From Actinomycetota bacterium (GTDB lineage Bacteria; Actinomycetota; UBA4738; HRBIN12), in assembly GCA_035718185.1 (NCBI GenBank), contig DASTHN010000054.1, forward strand, positions 1 to 54,849: DNA of 54,849 nucleotides, in the 5' to 3' direction. This document shows positions 34,646 to 44,474 of this stretch, in pieces. The translations under genes were made by a program, and so were the position numbers. The notes below the pieces were generated by a model that saw only the letters and a program-made list of their open reading frames with translations, was not told the origin of the DNA and made no database searches. The stretch's first letter is position 1; every line of letters begins with the position of its first letter.

Positions 34646-36135
34646 CGGCGCCCCTCCTCCGGTGGGGCCTGAGCGTCCCCCTCCGCGTCACGCGTGAACG
34701 CCGGCCCGATCCTGCCGTGCACCAGCCGGAAGGGGACGAGGATCGCCACCCCCGCAAGGACGAAGGCCAGGGCGAAGGCGCCGAACAACACCGCCGGATC
34801 CAGCACGGTCGGCGAGACCTCGCGCCCGAGGCTGGCGTCGGGATCGTGCTCGAACGCGACCAGCCCGGGTCCGCCGCCGCCCTTCACCGCCACCAGGACG
34901 TCTGCGGACAGGGCGATCGCCCCGAGGTAGCCGGGCGTCGCGGGCGTGGTCCAGACGAGGTCCCCGTTGGACGGGTCGAACGCCGCCAGCTCTCCTCCGC
35001 TCAGACCCACGATCACGGAGCCGCCGGCGAGGACGGGCGAGCTCCGCACGACCCGCTCGTTCGTCTGGTGCCCCCAGCGCCGATCCCCGCTCGAAGCGTC
35101 GATCCGGTAGAGGCCTCCGGGTTCATCCGCGGCGAAGATCGCTCCCTCGCTCGCCGCTGGCGCCGACACGGGCCAGAACAGCCCGTGCACGAGGGACTCC
35201 CAACGAACCCGCCCATTGTCCGCGCCGAAGGCCCTGACCACCCGGTCGACCGCGGCGACCGCGACGCCATCCCCCGCCGAGATCGCGGAGGCGAGGTACC
35301 CGGACGTCGAGAACCTCGGCCACGCCGGCTCTCCGCTCTGCGCGTCGAGCGCCAGCATCTCGACGCGCGGTTGGTCCTGCGCCTGCGCGGCGACGTACAC
35401 GTTGCCATCCGCCACCGCGACGGGCGACTCCACGCGGCCCGCGGCGTCCGCCGTCCACCCGACGCCCCCGCCATCGAGATCGACGGCGTACACCGTGCCC
35501 TCGTCGTCCGCCACGTACGCCCGGTCCCCGTCGATCGTGACCCCGCTGCGGCTCCGATGATCGAGCGTCGTCCGCCACAACTCGGAGCGGTCAGCCAGAT
35601 CGATCGCGACGAGGTCGCTCGATGTCGCGTCCCGTGACGCGCCGCCCTCCGTCGGGCTCGACGAGGCGGTCGGGCTGGGCGAGGCGGTCGGGCTCGGCGA
35701 GGCCTGGTCCTCGATCGGCGGCCCGTCGAGGTACACGAGCACCCTGCGGTCCCCGACCGTGCCGAGCGCGGGAGTGGAGAGCGGTCCGCCGTCCCGCGGG
35801 ATCTCCCACGTGAGGTCCCCCGTCGCGAGATCGAGCGCGAACACCGCCTGGTCGCCCACGGCGATCGCCAGGTCGTCCGTGATCACCGCAGCCGAGAGGG
35901 AGCCCTCGGGCGGCGTGAAGCGCCAGAGCTGCCGGTAGGGCGGCGAGGGCGCCTGCGCGACGGTCCCGGGGTGGCCGGGGCCGCCCTGGAACTGCGACCA
36001 CGCGAACCCGCCCTCCTGTGCGTGGGCCGCAGATCCGCCGAGACACGCGAGGGCGAGCGCCACGGGCGCGGCGCGGGAGAACGTGCGGAGCAGCTTCGAG
36101 CGCAGGCGGGCCGTCCTCGGGTCGCGGGCGCCCAT
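34642..36135 (-). CDS. Exported PQQ-like (BamB-type) beta-propeller repeat protein with C-terminal TM anchor
   Basis: WSQFQGGPGHPG; repeated AxDxxTGxxxW docking motifs (ALDLATGDLTW, AIDLADRSELW, ALDAQSGEPAW, AFDPSNGDLVW). Start position uncertain. Confidence 0.85.
   Translation of the reverse strand: MGARDPRTARLRSKLLRTFSRAAPVALALACLGGSAAHAQEGGFAWSQFQGGPGHPGTVAQAPSPPYRQLWRFTPPEGSLSAAVITDDLAIAVGDQAVFALDLATGDLTWEIPRDGGPLSTPALGTVGDRRVLVYLDGPPIEDQASPSPTASPSPTASSSPTEGGASRDATSSDLVAIDLADRSELWRTTLDHRSRSGVTIDGDRAYVADDEGTVYAVDLDGGGVGWTADAAGRVESPVAVADGNVYVAAQAQDQPRVEMLALDAQSGEPAWPRFSTSGYLASAISAGDGVAVAAVDRVVRAFGADNGRVRWESLVHGLFWPVSAPAASEGAIFAADEPGGLYRIDASSGDRRWGHQTNERVVRSSPVLAGGSVIVGLSGGELAAFDPSNGDLVWTTPATPGYLGAIALSADVLVAVKGGGGPGLVAFEHDPDASLGREVSPTVLDPAVLFGAFALAFVLAGVAILVPFRLVHGRIGPAFTRDAEGDAQAPPEEGRR
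35651..35704. repeat. 18-bp imperfect tandem repeat x3 encoding (ASPSPT)n
   Basis: GTCGGGCTCGACGAGGCG / GTCGGGCTGGGCGAGGCG / GTCGGGCTCGGCGAGGCC. Confidence 0.8.
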
Positions 36136-36179
36136 CGTAGCGCCGCGCCGGTGGCTGCGACCCGCGCTTGGCGAGGCGT

Positions 36180-36731
36180 TCAGGCGGCGATCGGTGTCGG
36201 CAGGTCGGGGGCGAGATGCACCAGCTGTGCCACCGGCGCCGGACCGAGGTACGCGAGCGGGTCGACGTACGCATCGTCGAGCCGGACGCCGAGGTGCAGA
36301 TGGGGAACGGTCGAGCCCGGATGCCCGACGCCGGTCGAGCCGATCGCCGCGCCGCGAGGTACCACATCGCCTTCCCGCACGAGCGTCGCCGAGAGCCACG
36401 AGTACGAGCTCCGGAGGCCGCCGCCGTGGTCGAGCGTCACGAACAGCTGCCCGCCAACGCTTCCCGCGAAGGTGACCACCCCGGCCTCCGGGGCCAGGAT
36501 GGCCGTGCCGACCGGCACGGCGATGTCGATGCCTCGATGCCCGGAGCCGTACGGGTCCTCCGGAGGATCGAAGCCACGGACGATCGGGCCCTCGACGGGC
36601 CAAGTCCACGAACCGCGGGCAGCGACGATCGTGCCGACCGTCCGATCCACGGTCCGAGCCGGGGCGGATGCCGCCGGAGACGCCAACATGCCGAGCACGA
36701 GGGGGAGGACCAGGCACCAGGTGGGAGCCAT
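36180..36731 (-). CDS. Secreted M23 family peptidase
   Basis: Signal peptide; HRGIDI (HxxxD), HLHLG (HxH). Typical whiG-M23-rpsB neighbourhood. Confidence 0.92.
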   Translation of the reverse strand: MAPTWCLVLPLVLGMLASPAASAPARTVDRTVGTIVAARGSWTWPVEGPIVRGFDPPEDPYGSGHRGIDIAVPVGTAILAPEAGVVTFAGSVGGQLFVTLDHGGGLRSSYSWLSATLVREGDVVPRGAAIGSTGVGHPGSTVPHLHLGVRLDDAYVDPLAYLGPAPVAQLVHLAPDLPTPIAA

Positions 36732-36817
36732 CGGACCTCCGTTTCGTCGACCGGCACGGACGCTACCGGGCGAGGGCGACGGGCGCAGTGAGATCGGTCA
36801 CACGCGCGGGTGGGCGG

Positions 36818-37711
36818 TCACTCGGTCTCGACGAACTGGAGGCGGAGCTGCCCCACCGCCTTCGTGTGGATCTGGCACACGCGCGACTCGGTCACGCCGA
36901 GGATGTCGCCGATCTCCGCGAGGGTGAGGCCCTCGAAGTAGTAGAGGGTGACGACGATCTTCTCGCGCTCAGACAGCGAGTTGATCGCGGCCGCCAGCAG
37001 GCCCCGGGTCTCCTGCCCCTCGAGGCCCGTCGTGGGATCCACGCTCTTGTCCGCCAGCGTGTCCATCAGCGACATGTGCTCGCCTCGGTCGCTGCCCACG
37101 GCCAGGAGCTCATCGAGCGCGAGCACTGACACGAACGAGATCTGGTTGATCACATCGTGGAGCTCGCCCATCGTCACGCCGAGGCGCTCGGCGACCTCGC
37201 GCTCGCTCGGCGCGCGCTTCAGCATCGACTCCAGATCCGCGTACGCCTTCTCGATCTCGCGCGCCTTGAAGCGGACCGAGCGCGGCACCCAGTCCATCGC
37301 GCGGAGCTCGTCGATGATCGCCCCCTTGATCCGCGGGATCGCGTACGTCTCGAACTTGTTGCCGCGGGCCGGCTCGAACTTCTCGAGCGCGTCGATGAGT
37401 CCGAACATCCCGTACGAGACCAGGTCGGCCTGCTCGACGCTGGCGGGAAGACCGGTCGCCACCCTGCTCGCCACGTACTTCACGAGCGGGGCGTAATGCA
37501 GGATGAGCCGCTCGCGGATGGCCGCCGAACCGGTCGACTTGAATTCGTCCCAGAGCGCCCGGAGCTCGGCGAGCGCGGCGTCCGCCTCCGCGGTCGCGGT
37601 CGCCGCGGCCCGCGCACGCCCGGGTGCCTTCGCGACCTTCACGGCCGTCTTCGAGGCCCTGACCCCGGACTTGGCGGCCTTCTTCGGCTCGGTCTTCGTC
37701 GGCCTCGCCAT
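36818..37711 (-). CDS. whiG: FliA/WhiG (sigma-28) family RNA polymerase sigma factor
   Basis: [81 protein letters not shown] coupling to xerC. Confidence 0.93.
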   Translation of the reverse strand: MARPTKTEPKKAAKSGVRASKTAVKVAKAPGRARAAATATAEADAALAELRALWDEFKSTGSAAIRERLILHYAPLVKYVASRVATGLPASVEQADLVSYGMFGLIDALEKFEPARGNKFETYAIPRIKGAIIDELRAMDWVPRSVRFKAREIEKAYADLESMLKRAPSEREVAERLGVTMGELHDVINQISFVSVLALDELLAVGSDRGEHMSLMDTLADKSVDPTTGLEGQETRGLLAAAINSLSEREKIVVTLYYFEGLTLAEIGDILGVTESRVCQIHTKAVGQLRLQFVETE

Positions 37712-38643
37712 CACGCCCTCGGGTGGCTCTGCCGGTAGGCCTCGAACAGCCGCGCCCTGGACACGTGCGTGTATCGCTGCGTGGTCGCCACGCTCGCGTG
37801 GCCGAGCAACTCCTGGACCGCCCTGATGTCGGCTCCTCCTTCGAGCAGGTGCGTCGCGAACGAGTGCCGCAGGGTGTGCGGAGTCACGTGCCGTCCCCCG
37901 AGCGTTCGCTCGCCGTATCGTCCCACAAGCCGACGGATGTCGCGCGTGCCGATCGGGTGCTTCCGGCGGTTGAAGAAGGCGGTCGCCGAGCCGTCGGACA
38001 GGTTCCGGCGCCCCTGCCGAAGGTACGCGTCGAGCGCCTCGCACGCAGGATCCGACAGGGGAACTTCGCGCTCCTTCGAGCCCTTGCCCATCACGGTCAC
38101 CCGCCCTCGGTCGAGGTCGAGCCGATCCACCGTGAGCCCGGCAACCTCGGCGACCCGCAGACCCGATCCGTACATCAGCTCGAGGATCGCCCGATCACGG
38201 AGCGCGATGGAGCGCTCGAACGGGGACGCCTCCTCCGTGGCACCGGGGGTCTCGACGAGCTCGGCCGCCTCACGGGGCCGCAGCACGCCGGGCAGACGGT
38301 TCGCGACCTTGGGCCGTCCGAGCAGCGCCGCGGGATCGCGATCGACCACGCCGCGTGCGGCCGCCCACCGGTAGAATGTATGGATCGCGCCCACGCGCCG
38401 AGCGATCGACGACCGCGCGTACCCGAGCGTCGCCTGCTGGGCCAGGAAACGCCGCAGCTCCGGATAGGTGGCGGCCGTGAGGCTCCGGCGCTGCCGGGCC
38501 AGGAACACCGCGAGCTGTGTCAGGTCCCGGCGGTACGCCGACACGGTGTGCTCGGACAACCGGCGCTCCAGCTCGAGGTGCTCCGCGAACGCACCGATCA
38601 GCGCCTCGTCGTCCGGTCGGGGAAGGGTCTCGCGGGCAGCCAT
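37711..38643 (-). CDS. xerC: Chromosomal tyrosine recombinase, XerC type
   Basis: [46 protein letters not shown] (full R-K-H-R-H-Y set); usual dprA-xerC position. Confidence 0.9.
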   Translation of the reverse strand: MAARETLPRPDDEALIGAFAEHLELERRLSEHTVSAYRRDLTQLAVFLARQRRSLTAATYPELRRFLAQQATLGYARSSIARRVGAIHTFYRWAAARGVVDRDPAALLGRPKVANRLPGVLRPREAAELVETPGATEEASPFERSIALRDRAILELMYGSGLRVAEVAGLTVDRLDLDRGRVTVMGKGSKEREVPLSDPACEALDAYLRQGRRNLSDGSATAFFNRRKHPIGTRDIRRLVGRYGERTLGGRHVTPHTLRHSFATHLLEGGADIRAVQELLGHASVATTQRYTHVSRARLFEAYRQSHPRA

Positions 38644-38728
38644 CGTCCTCGGGTGTCGTGGGCCGGCCCTCTTGTACCAACGGGACCGCGGCGGTGCAAG
38701 CGTCCGAGCCCGGTTCGCCGCGTCCGAC

Positions 38729-38734
38729 TACGAT
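38729..38734 (+). promoter_or_regulatory. -10 hexamer TACGAT, leaderless spacing
   Basis: 6 nt upstream of the ATG at 38741; no SD. Confidence 0.65.
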
Positions 38735-38740
38735 GCGCCG

Positions 38741-40108
38741 ATGGACCTGGAGCGGGACCTCGACCTCGTCGAGACGCCGGGGCTCGGGGACACGAGCTAC
38801 CTCCTCGCTTCGTACGACGAGGCGCTGGTGGTCGACCCGCAGCGCGACGCCGGCAGGCTGCTCGCGGCCGCCGAGGCTCGCGGCGCGCGCGTGCGCTTCG
38901 TCCTGGAGACGCATGTCCACAACGACTACGTCTCGGGTGCCGCCGAGGTCCGAGCGGCCACCGGGGCCCGGGTCGTCGGGCCGGCGGACGCCGGCTACGC
39001 CTTCCCGTTCGACCCGATGGAAGAAGGTGCCGAGCTGCAGGTCGGGGACCTCCGCCTGGTCGCGCTGCGGACCCCCGGCCACACGCCCGAGCACACCTCG
39101 TACGCCCTCCATCGGACCGGTTCCGAGGAGGTTCTCGCTGTGTTCTCGGGCGGGAGCCTGTTGGTCGGCAGCGCGGGGCGGACCGACCTGCTGGGCGCGG
39201 ACCGGACCCAGGAACTCACGCGCGCCCAGTTCCGGACGATGCGCCGGTTCGCCGAGATGCCGGGCGGCGTTATGGTGCTCCCCACCCACGGCGCGGGGAG
39301 CTTCTGCGCCAGCGGGCCAACCCAGGACGATCGAACCTCCACGATCGAGCGCGAGCGCGCGTCGAACCCCGCGCTCCGAGCGCCGGACGAGGAGACGTTC
39401 GTCCGCGAGCAGCTCTCGGGCCTGCTGGCCTTCCCCGCGTACTACGCGCACATGGCGCCGATCAACCGCGCCGGCCCGCAGGTCCGCGGCGCCGTGCCGG
39501 GGGCGCCGCCGATCTCGCCCCAGGACCTCGAGCGCGCCGCCGCGTCCGGCGCCCGCCTCGTCGACGCGCGGCCGGGGGCCGATTTCGCGGCCGCCCACGT
39601 GGCAGGGTCGCTCAACGTGCCCCTCGAGGACTCGTTCGCCAGTTACGTAGGATGGCTCGTCCCGTTCGGGACCCCGATCGCGCTGATCGCCGACGCCAGC
39701 GACGTCGTCACCGAGGCGACGACCCAGCTGTTCCGCATCGGGTACGAGGTCCTCGGCGCGCTGGACGGCGGCGTCGACGCCTGGGCCGTGTCGAGCCGCC
39801 CCGTCATCTCCTACCCGGTCGCGACCGTCGCCGACGTGATCGAGGAGGCACGAGCGGGCGGCGGCCGGATCCTGGACGTCCGCCAGCGGGCCGAGTGGGA
39901 CGCGGGCCACGTGCCGGGGAGCCGCCACTGCTTCGTCGGCGACCTGCCGCTGCATCTGTCCGATCTCGCCTCGGCCGAGGAGACCATCGTCGCGTGCGCG
40001 AGCGGCCATCGCTCGGCGATGGCCGCGAGCCTGCTCGACGCGGCCGGCGCGAGCGTCCGTCTGGTTGCGCGCGGCGGCGTGCCGAACGCGCTGCGGCGCA
40101 TGGGTTGA
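38741..40108 (+). CDS. MBL-fold hydrolase / persulfide dioxygenase fused to two rhodanese domains (CstB-like)
   Basis: THVHND, TPGHTPEH, PTHG; first rhodanese lacks Cys, second has CASGHRS. Confidence 0.9.
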   Translation: MDLERDLDLVETPGLGDTSYLLASYDEALVVDPQRDAGRLLAAAEARGARVRFVLETHVHNDYVSGAAEVRAATGARVVGPADAGYAFPFDPMEEGAELQVGDLRLVALRTPGHTPEHTSYALHRTGSEEVLAVFSGGSLLVGSAGRTDLLGADRTQELTRAQFRTMRRFAEMPGGVMVLPTHGAGSFCASGPTQDDRTSTIERERASNPALRAPDEETFVREQLSGLLAFPAYYAHMAPINRAGPQVRGAVPGAPPISPQDLERAAASGARLVDARPGADFAAAHVAGSLNVPLEDSFASYVGWLVPFGTPIALIADASDVVTEATTQLFRIGYEVLGALDGGVDAWAVSSRPVISYPVATVADVIEEARAGGGRILDVRQRAEWDAGHVPGSRHCFVGDLPLHLSDLASAEETIVACASGHRSAMAASLLDAAGASVRLVARGGVPNALRRMG

Positions 40109-40109
40109 A

Positions 40110-41237
40110 TCACCCGGTCGTCGCCATCGTCGCCGCGAGGGTCGCCTCGAACCGACCACCCACGGTACGGACGAACCCCCGCATCTCGAGCTCCATCAGG
40201 AGCGTGAGCGCGTCCGCCAGGCCGATCCGCAGCTCGCGGGCCACGTGCTCGGGGAGGGTCGGTCCCGTGAGGGCACGGAGCGCGGCGAGCTCTGCCAGGG
40301 TGAGCTCGGCCCGCCGGCCACCGGACCCTGGCTCCAGACCGAGCTCCTCGAGGAGGTCCTCCGCTCCGCGGATCATCGTGGCGCCGTCCCGGATCAACTT
40401 GAGTGGCGCGAACGAGAGCGGGTTGTTGAGCGCCGCCGGCACCGCGAACACCTCGCGCCCGAACTCGAGCGCGTGCGAGCCGGTGATGAGCGACCCGCTC
40501 TCCTTCTCCCCCTCGACCACCACGGCCGCTCGGCACAGCCCCGCGACGATGCGGTTGCGCGCCGGGAACCGGAAGGCGCGCGCCGGCACGCCCGGTGGGT
40601 ACTCGCTCACGAGGGCGCCGCGCTCCCGGATCCGCCCGAACAGCCCGCGGCTGCTCGCCGGGTAGGTGGCGTCGATGCCGCCGCCGAGGACGGCGACCGT
40701 CGGCCCGCCGGCGTCGAGCGCTCCCTCGTGGGAGGCGGCGTCGACGCCTCGCGCCGCGCCGCTGACCACCGTGACGCCGGCGGCCGCGAGCCCCCTGCCC
40801 ATCGCCCGCGCGAGCTCGCGGGCGAGGTCGGTGCACCGCCGGGCGCCGACGATCGCCACGGCGTGCGAGGCCTCGGGCAGCCGTCCGCCACGGACGTAGA
40901 GCAGGAAGGGCGGGTCGTGGATCTGGCGGAGCTGCGGCGGGTACTCCGGGTCGTCCCACACGATCGTGCGGGCCCCACACCGGTCGATCGTTGCCTGGAT
41001 CCGTTCCGCCCTGAGCAGGCGAACGAACCGCCGATCCTCGTCAGTGCCGAGCGCCCCTCGGGCGACGAGCCCGACACAGGCGCTCGCGGTCGGCGCCTCC
41101 GCCGCCGCGCGGATCAGGGTGGTCGGCCGCAGCCCCGCGAGCGCCGAGAGCACCAGCGCGGCCCGACGCTCCCGCTCGCCCGCGGTGAAGCCATCGGGCC
41201 AGACGGGCCACGGATCGCGAACGCGGTCAGCCCGCAC
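40110..41237 (-). CDS. dprA: DNA-processing protein DprA
   Basis: YPPQLRQIHDPP, AIVGAR, VVSGAARGVD, VLGGG, FPARNRIVAG, SGSLIT, GREVFAVP. Confidence 0.96.
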   Translation of the reverse strand: MRADRVRDPWPVWPDGFTAGERERRAALVLSALAGLRPTTLIRAAAEAPTASACVGLVARGALGTDEDRRFVRLLRAERIQATIDRCGARTIVWDDPEYPPQLRQIHDPPFLLYVRGGRLPEASHAVAIVGARRCTDLARELARAMGRGLAAAGVTVVSGAARGVDAASHEGALDAGGPTVAVLGGGIDATYPASSRGLFGRIRERGALVSEYPPGVPARAFRFPARNRIVAGLCRAAVVVEGEKESGSLITGSHALEFGREVFAVPAALNNPLSFAPLKLIRDGATMIRGAEDLLEELGLEPGSGGRRAELTLAELAALRALTGPTLPEHVARELRIGLADALTLLMELEMRGFVRTVGGRFEATLAATMATTG

Positions 41238-42765
41238 GCGCGAGATCCGCGTCGACCATGTTCATCCGGTACACGAGCGCCTCGGAGACGTGGTCGCGCT
41301 CCACCTCGGAGGCCCCGTCGAGATCGGCGATCGTGCGCGCCACCTTCAGCGCGCGGTCGAAACCCCTTCCCGTGAGGGCCATGCCGTCGACGGCCTGGGC
41401 GAGCAGGTCCCAGGCTGGCCGGCTCACCCGGGCGACCCGGCGCGCGAGGGGTCCCGGGAGCTGTGCGTTGCACGGGTAGCCCGTGTCCGCGTACCGACGG
41501 CGCTGGATCTCGCGCGCGGCCTCGACGCGGCCGCGGATGGGCGCCGAGGGCTCGCCCGGCGCCTCGTCGAGCAGCTCCTGCTTCGAGAGGCGTGGGACCA
41601 CGAGCTGGATGTCGATGCGGTCGAGCAGCGGTCCCGAGAGCTTCTGCCGGTACGTCTGCAGACGGTCGTCTCGGCAGTCGCACCGACGCCGTGGGTCGCC
41701 GAGGAACCCGCAAGGGCACGGGTTGGCCGCCGCGACGAGCGTGAACCGTGCGGGGAACTCGACCGTGCCCGCCATCCGCGAGACGACGACGCGGCCGTCC
41801 TCGAGCGGCTGGCGCAGCCCCTCGACCGCGTCGCGGCGGAACTCCGTCAGCTCGTCTAGGAACAGCACCCCCTGATCCGCCAGGCTGACCTCGCCCGGCC
41901 GCAGGAGCGCGGACCCGCCACCGAGCAGCGCGGCGAGCGAGATCGAGTGGTGTGGCGACCGGAACGGGCGTTCCCGCAGCAGCCCCCCGCCGTCGAGCAG
42001 ACCGGCCACCGAGTGCAGTTGCGTGACCTCGAGCGCCTCCTCTCGCGACATCGCCGGCAGGATCGTCGGGAGCCGGCGGGCGAGCATCGTCTTGCCGGCC
42101 CCGGGCGAGCCCACCAGCAGCACGTTGTGACCGCCGGCGGCCGCGATCTCGAGCGCGCGGCGGGCCTGGGCCTGCCCGCGGATCTCGGAGAAGTCCACGC
42201 CGTGCCCGGGCGTGTCGCGGTCGGGCGCGGTGGTCCGCGGCTCCGGCGGTGTCCAGGCGTCGCGGAAGAAGCCCACGACCTCGCGGAGCGAGGGAGCCGG
42301 CACCACGTGGAGCCCTCCGACGAGCTCGGCCTCGGCCGCGTTGTCGGCCGGCACGACGACCCCGCGCAGGCCGGCCCGCGCCGCCGCCATCGCGACCGAG
42401 AGCACACCCGGCGTCCCCACGAGCGTCCCTCTCAGGGACAGCTCGCCCGCGAACGCGTAGCCCGAGACCCGCGTGGCCGGCACCTGCGTAGAGGCGACGA
42501 GCACGCCCATCGCGACCGGGAGGTCCAGACCGGCGCCCTCCTTGCGCAGGTTCCCCGGCGACAGGTTCACGACGACGCGCCGGAGCGGCCACTCGAGCCC
42601 AGAGCTCTCGACCGCGGGCCGGATCCGGTCGCGCGCGTCCTGGACCCGCGCGCCGGGGAGCCCGGTCAGCGTGAGCGATGGCAGGCCGCGTCCGATGTGG
42701 GCCTCGACGGCCACCAGATGACCGCGGACGCCCACGACGGCGACACCGTTGACCCGCCCGTACAC
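41227..42765 (-). CDS. comM: YifB/ComM Mg-chelatase-like AAA+ ATPase
   Basis: NLSPG, DLPVA, GSPGAGKT (Walker A), RPFRSPHH, LFLDE, AANPCPCG, SGPLLDRID. Confidence 0.94.
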   Translation of the reverse strand: MYGRVNGVAVVGVRGHLVAVEAHIGRGLPSLTLTGLPGARVQDARDRIRPAVESSGLEWPLRRVVVNLSPGNLRKEGAGLDLPVAMGVLVASTQVPATRVSGYAFAGELSLRGTLVGTPGVLSVAMAAARAGLRGVVVPADNAAEAELVGGLHVVPAPSLREVVGFFRDAWTPPEPRTTAPDRDTPGHGVDFSEIRGQAQARRALEIAAAGGHNVLLVGSPGAGKTMLARRLPTILPAMSREEALEVTQLHSVAGLLDGGGLLRERPFRSPHHSISLAALLGGGSALLRPGEVSLADQGVLFLDELTEFRRDAVEGLRQPLEDGRVVVSRMAGTVEFPARFTLVAAANPCPCGFLGDPRRRCDCRDDRLQTYRQKLSGPLLDRIDIQLVVPRLSKQELLDEAPGEPSAPIRGRVEAAREIQRRRYADTGYPCNAQLPGPLARRVARVSRPAWDLLAQAVDGMALTGRGFDRALKVARTIADLDGASEVERDHVSEALVYRMNMVDADLARAG

Positions 42766-42796
42766 GACCGGCGGACGCTAGCGCGCGGCACCGACA

Positions 42797-43426
42797 TCAG
42801 CCCTCCTTGAAGGTCGCGTACCAGACGCGCTCGGCGACCTCGACCAGGTCCTCGCTGACCCGTGAGAAGCGCCGGTAGAGCTCGCGCCGGCCCATCACCT
42901 CGCGGAGGTCGTCGACCTCCAGGAGCGCCGACATCGCACCGCGGTAGACACGCTCGAGGTTGCGCTGGCTCTTCACGGCCTCATCGGCGGCGTCGGTCGC
43001 CGTCCGACCATCCGCGGCCACGCGCCGCTCCGGCCCCAACCGCCCGAACGCGTCGGCAAGATGCCGGACGCCCTCGGCGAGGAGCTGGCACATCTCGCGC
43101 ACGTGCTCGTCGGGCGCCATCCCCATCACCTCGGCCTCGCGGACGGCGTCCTTGGCCCCGTTCATCACCGCGTCCAGACGCACGGACATCGTGTAGACGT
43201 CCTCGGCATCGATCGGCGTCGTGTACGCCTCGGTCAGGGCTCGCCGGAGCTCGCGCTTGCGATCGTCGGCGCGGTGCTCGCACTCGCGGACGAGGTCGGC
43301 ACCGCCCGGATCGCCCTCGCCCCACGAGACGAGCGCCTCCACCCCTTCGATCGTCACGGCCGCCTGCCCGCGGAGCATGCCGAGCACGTCCGGCGTCTCG
43401 GGAAGGAACCAGGACCTCCGCGTCAC
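42797..43426 (-). CDS. DUF47 (PhoU-like phosphate transport regulator)
   Basis: ECEHRADDRKREL, YTTPIDAED, ELYRRF. GTGA overlap with the PiT gene. Confidence 0.88.
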   Translation of the reverse strand: MTRRSWFLPETPDVLGMLRGQAAVTIEGVEALVSWGEGDPGGADLVRECEHRADDRKRELRRALTEAYTTPIDAEDVYTMSVRLDAVMNGAKDAVREAEVMGMAPDEHVREMCQLLAEGVRHLADAFGRLGPERRVAADGRTATDAADEAVKSQRNLERVYRGAMSALLEVDDLREVMGRRELYRRFSRVSEDLVEVAERVWYATFKEG

Positions 43427-44433
43427 GCCAACCACCTCCAGATCGGGTACGCGGCGGCGGCGAGCGCGCCGGCCACCGGCATCGTCGTGATCCACGCCAC
43501 CGCGATGTCGCGCACCACCTGCCATCGGATGCGGCGCACCCGTCGGCGCCCCACCCCCGTTCCGACGACGGCGGACGACACCACCTGCGTCGTGCTCACG
43601 GGCGCGCCGATCAGCGACGCCCCGATGATCACGGCCGCCGAGCTCGTCTGGGCCACGAGCCCGTCGAGCCGTCGCAGCCGGTAGATCCGGCGCCCGATCG
43701 TGCGGACGATCGACCAGCCGCCGAACGCCGTCCCGACGGTGAGCGCCGCCGCCGCCGCGAGCTCGACCCACACGGGTGCCGCCAGCGACTCGGTGGACCC
43801 GTTCGCGAGCAACAGCGCCGCGACGATCCCGACCGTCTTCTGCGCGTCGTTCGACCCGTGCGAGAACGCGAGCCATGCCGACGTCACCCATTGCGCCCGG
43901 CGCACGGGCACGCCGATCGCGTACGCGGCGCGTCGGAGCATCCGTCGAACGGCCAGCTCGAGGACCGCCGCGACCGCCACGCCGAGCACCGGTGAGATCG
44001 CGAGGGCGATCAGGACGCCGAAGACGCCGACCGGGTGCCCGCCCTCGATCCCGCCCCAGTTCACGGCGTCCGCCCCGGCCGCGACGAGGGCGCCGCCGAC
44101 GAGCCCGCCGACGAGCGCGTGGCTCGAGCTCGACGGGAGCCCGCGCAGCCACGTGACCACGTTCCATACGACGGCGCCCGTCAGGCCCGCGCCGATGACG
44201 GGGATCGCGACGTCGGCCGGGGGCTCGACGATCTTCGCCACGGTGTTCGCCACGGCGGCGCCGAGCAGCAGCGGGCCGAGCAGGTTGAACACCGACGCCA
44301 TGAGCACGGCCGGTAGCGGTCGAGCTGCACGGGTCGCGACGAGCGTCGCGATCGCGTTCGCCGCGTCGTGGAAGCCGTTCGTGAGCGCGAAGACGAGCGC
44401 CATGCCGATGGACAGGACGAACACGAGGCTCAC
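43423..44433 (-). CDS. PiT family inorganic phosphate transporter
   Basis: NGFHDAANAIAT, PSSSSHAL, HGSNDAQK, PVSTT. Start placed at the GTG after GAGGGGG. Confidence 0.93.
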   Translation of the reverse strand: MSLVFVLSIGMALVFALTNGFHDAANAIATLVATRAARPLPAVLMASVFNLLGPLLLGAAVANTVAKIVEPPADVAIPVIGAGLTGAVVWNVVTWLRGLPSSSSHALVGGLVGGALVAAGADAVNWGGIEGGHPVGVFGVLIALAISPVLGVAVAAVLELAVRRMLRRAAYAIGVPVRRAQWVTSAWLAFSHGSNDAQKTVGIVAALLLANGSTESLAAPVWVELAAAAALTVGTAFGGWSIVRTIGRRIYRLRRLDGLVAQTSSAAVIIGASLIGAPVSTTQVVSSAVVGTGVGRRRVRRIRWQVVRDIAVAWITTMPVAGALAAAAYPIWRWLA

Positions 44434-44474
44434 GACGACCCCCTCATCGGCCGATGATGGCATGCCCCGGAGGC

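Noticed and set aside
32666-35704. Short tandem repeats as CRISPR-like arrays
   Set aside because: No unique spacers; in-frame coding repeats (21 and 18 bp); no cas genes.
37711-38643. Tyrosine recombinase as a prophage or ICE integrase
   Set aside because: Size, motifs and dprA-xerC-whiG synteny indicate housekeeping XerC; no att repeats, tRNA target, cargo or compositional shift seen.
37723-40665. 980-aa plus-strand ORF, and other very long ORFs such as 14921-17653, 31997-34456 and 46163-48322
   Set aside because: Antisense or off-frame shadows of real genes, expected in GC-rich DNA with few stop codons; Arg/Gly/Pro-rich with no motifs. Only the 3' end of 46163-48322 (DUF1003) is real.
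44450-44457. GCCGATGA as a sigma-28/WhiG -10 element
   Set aside because: No TAAA-like -35 at the right spacing, and it points away from the adjacent PiT start into yraN antisense.
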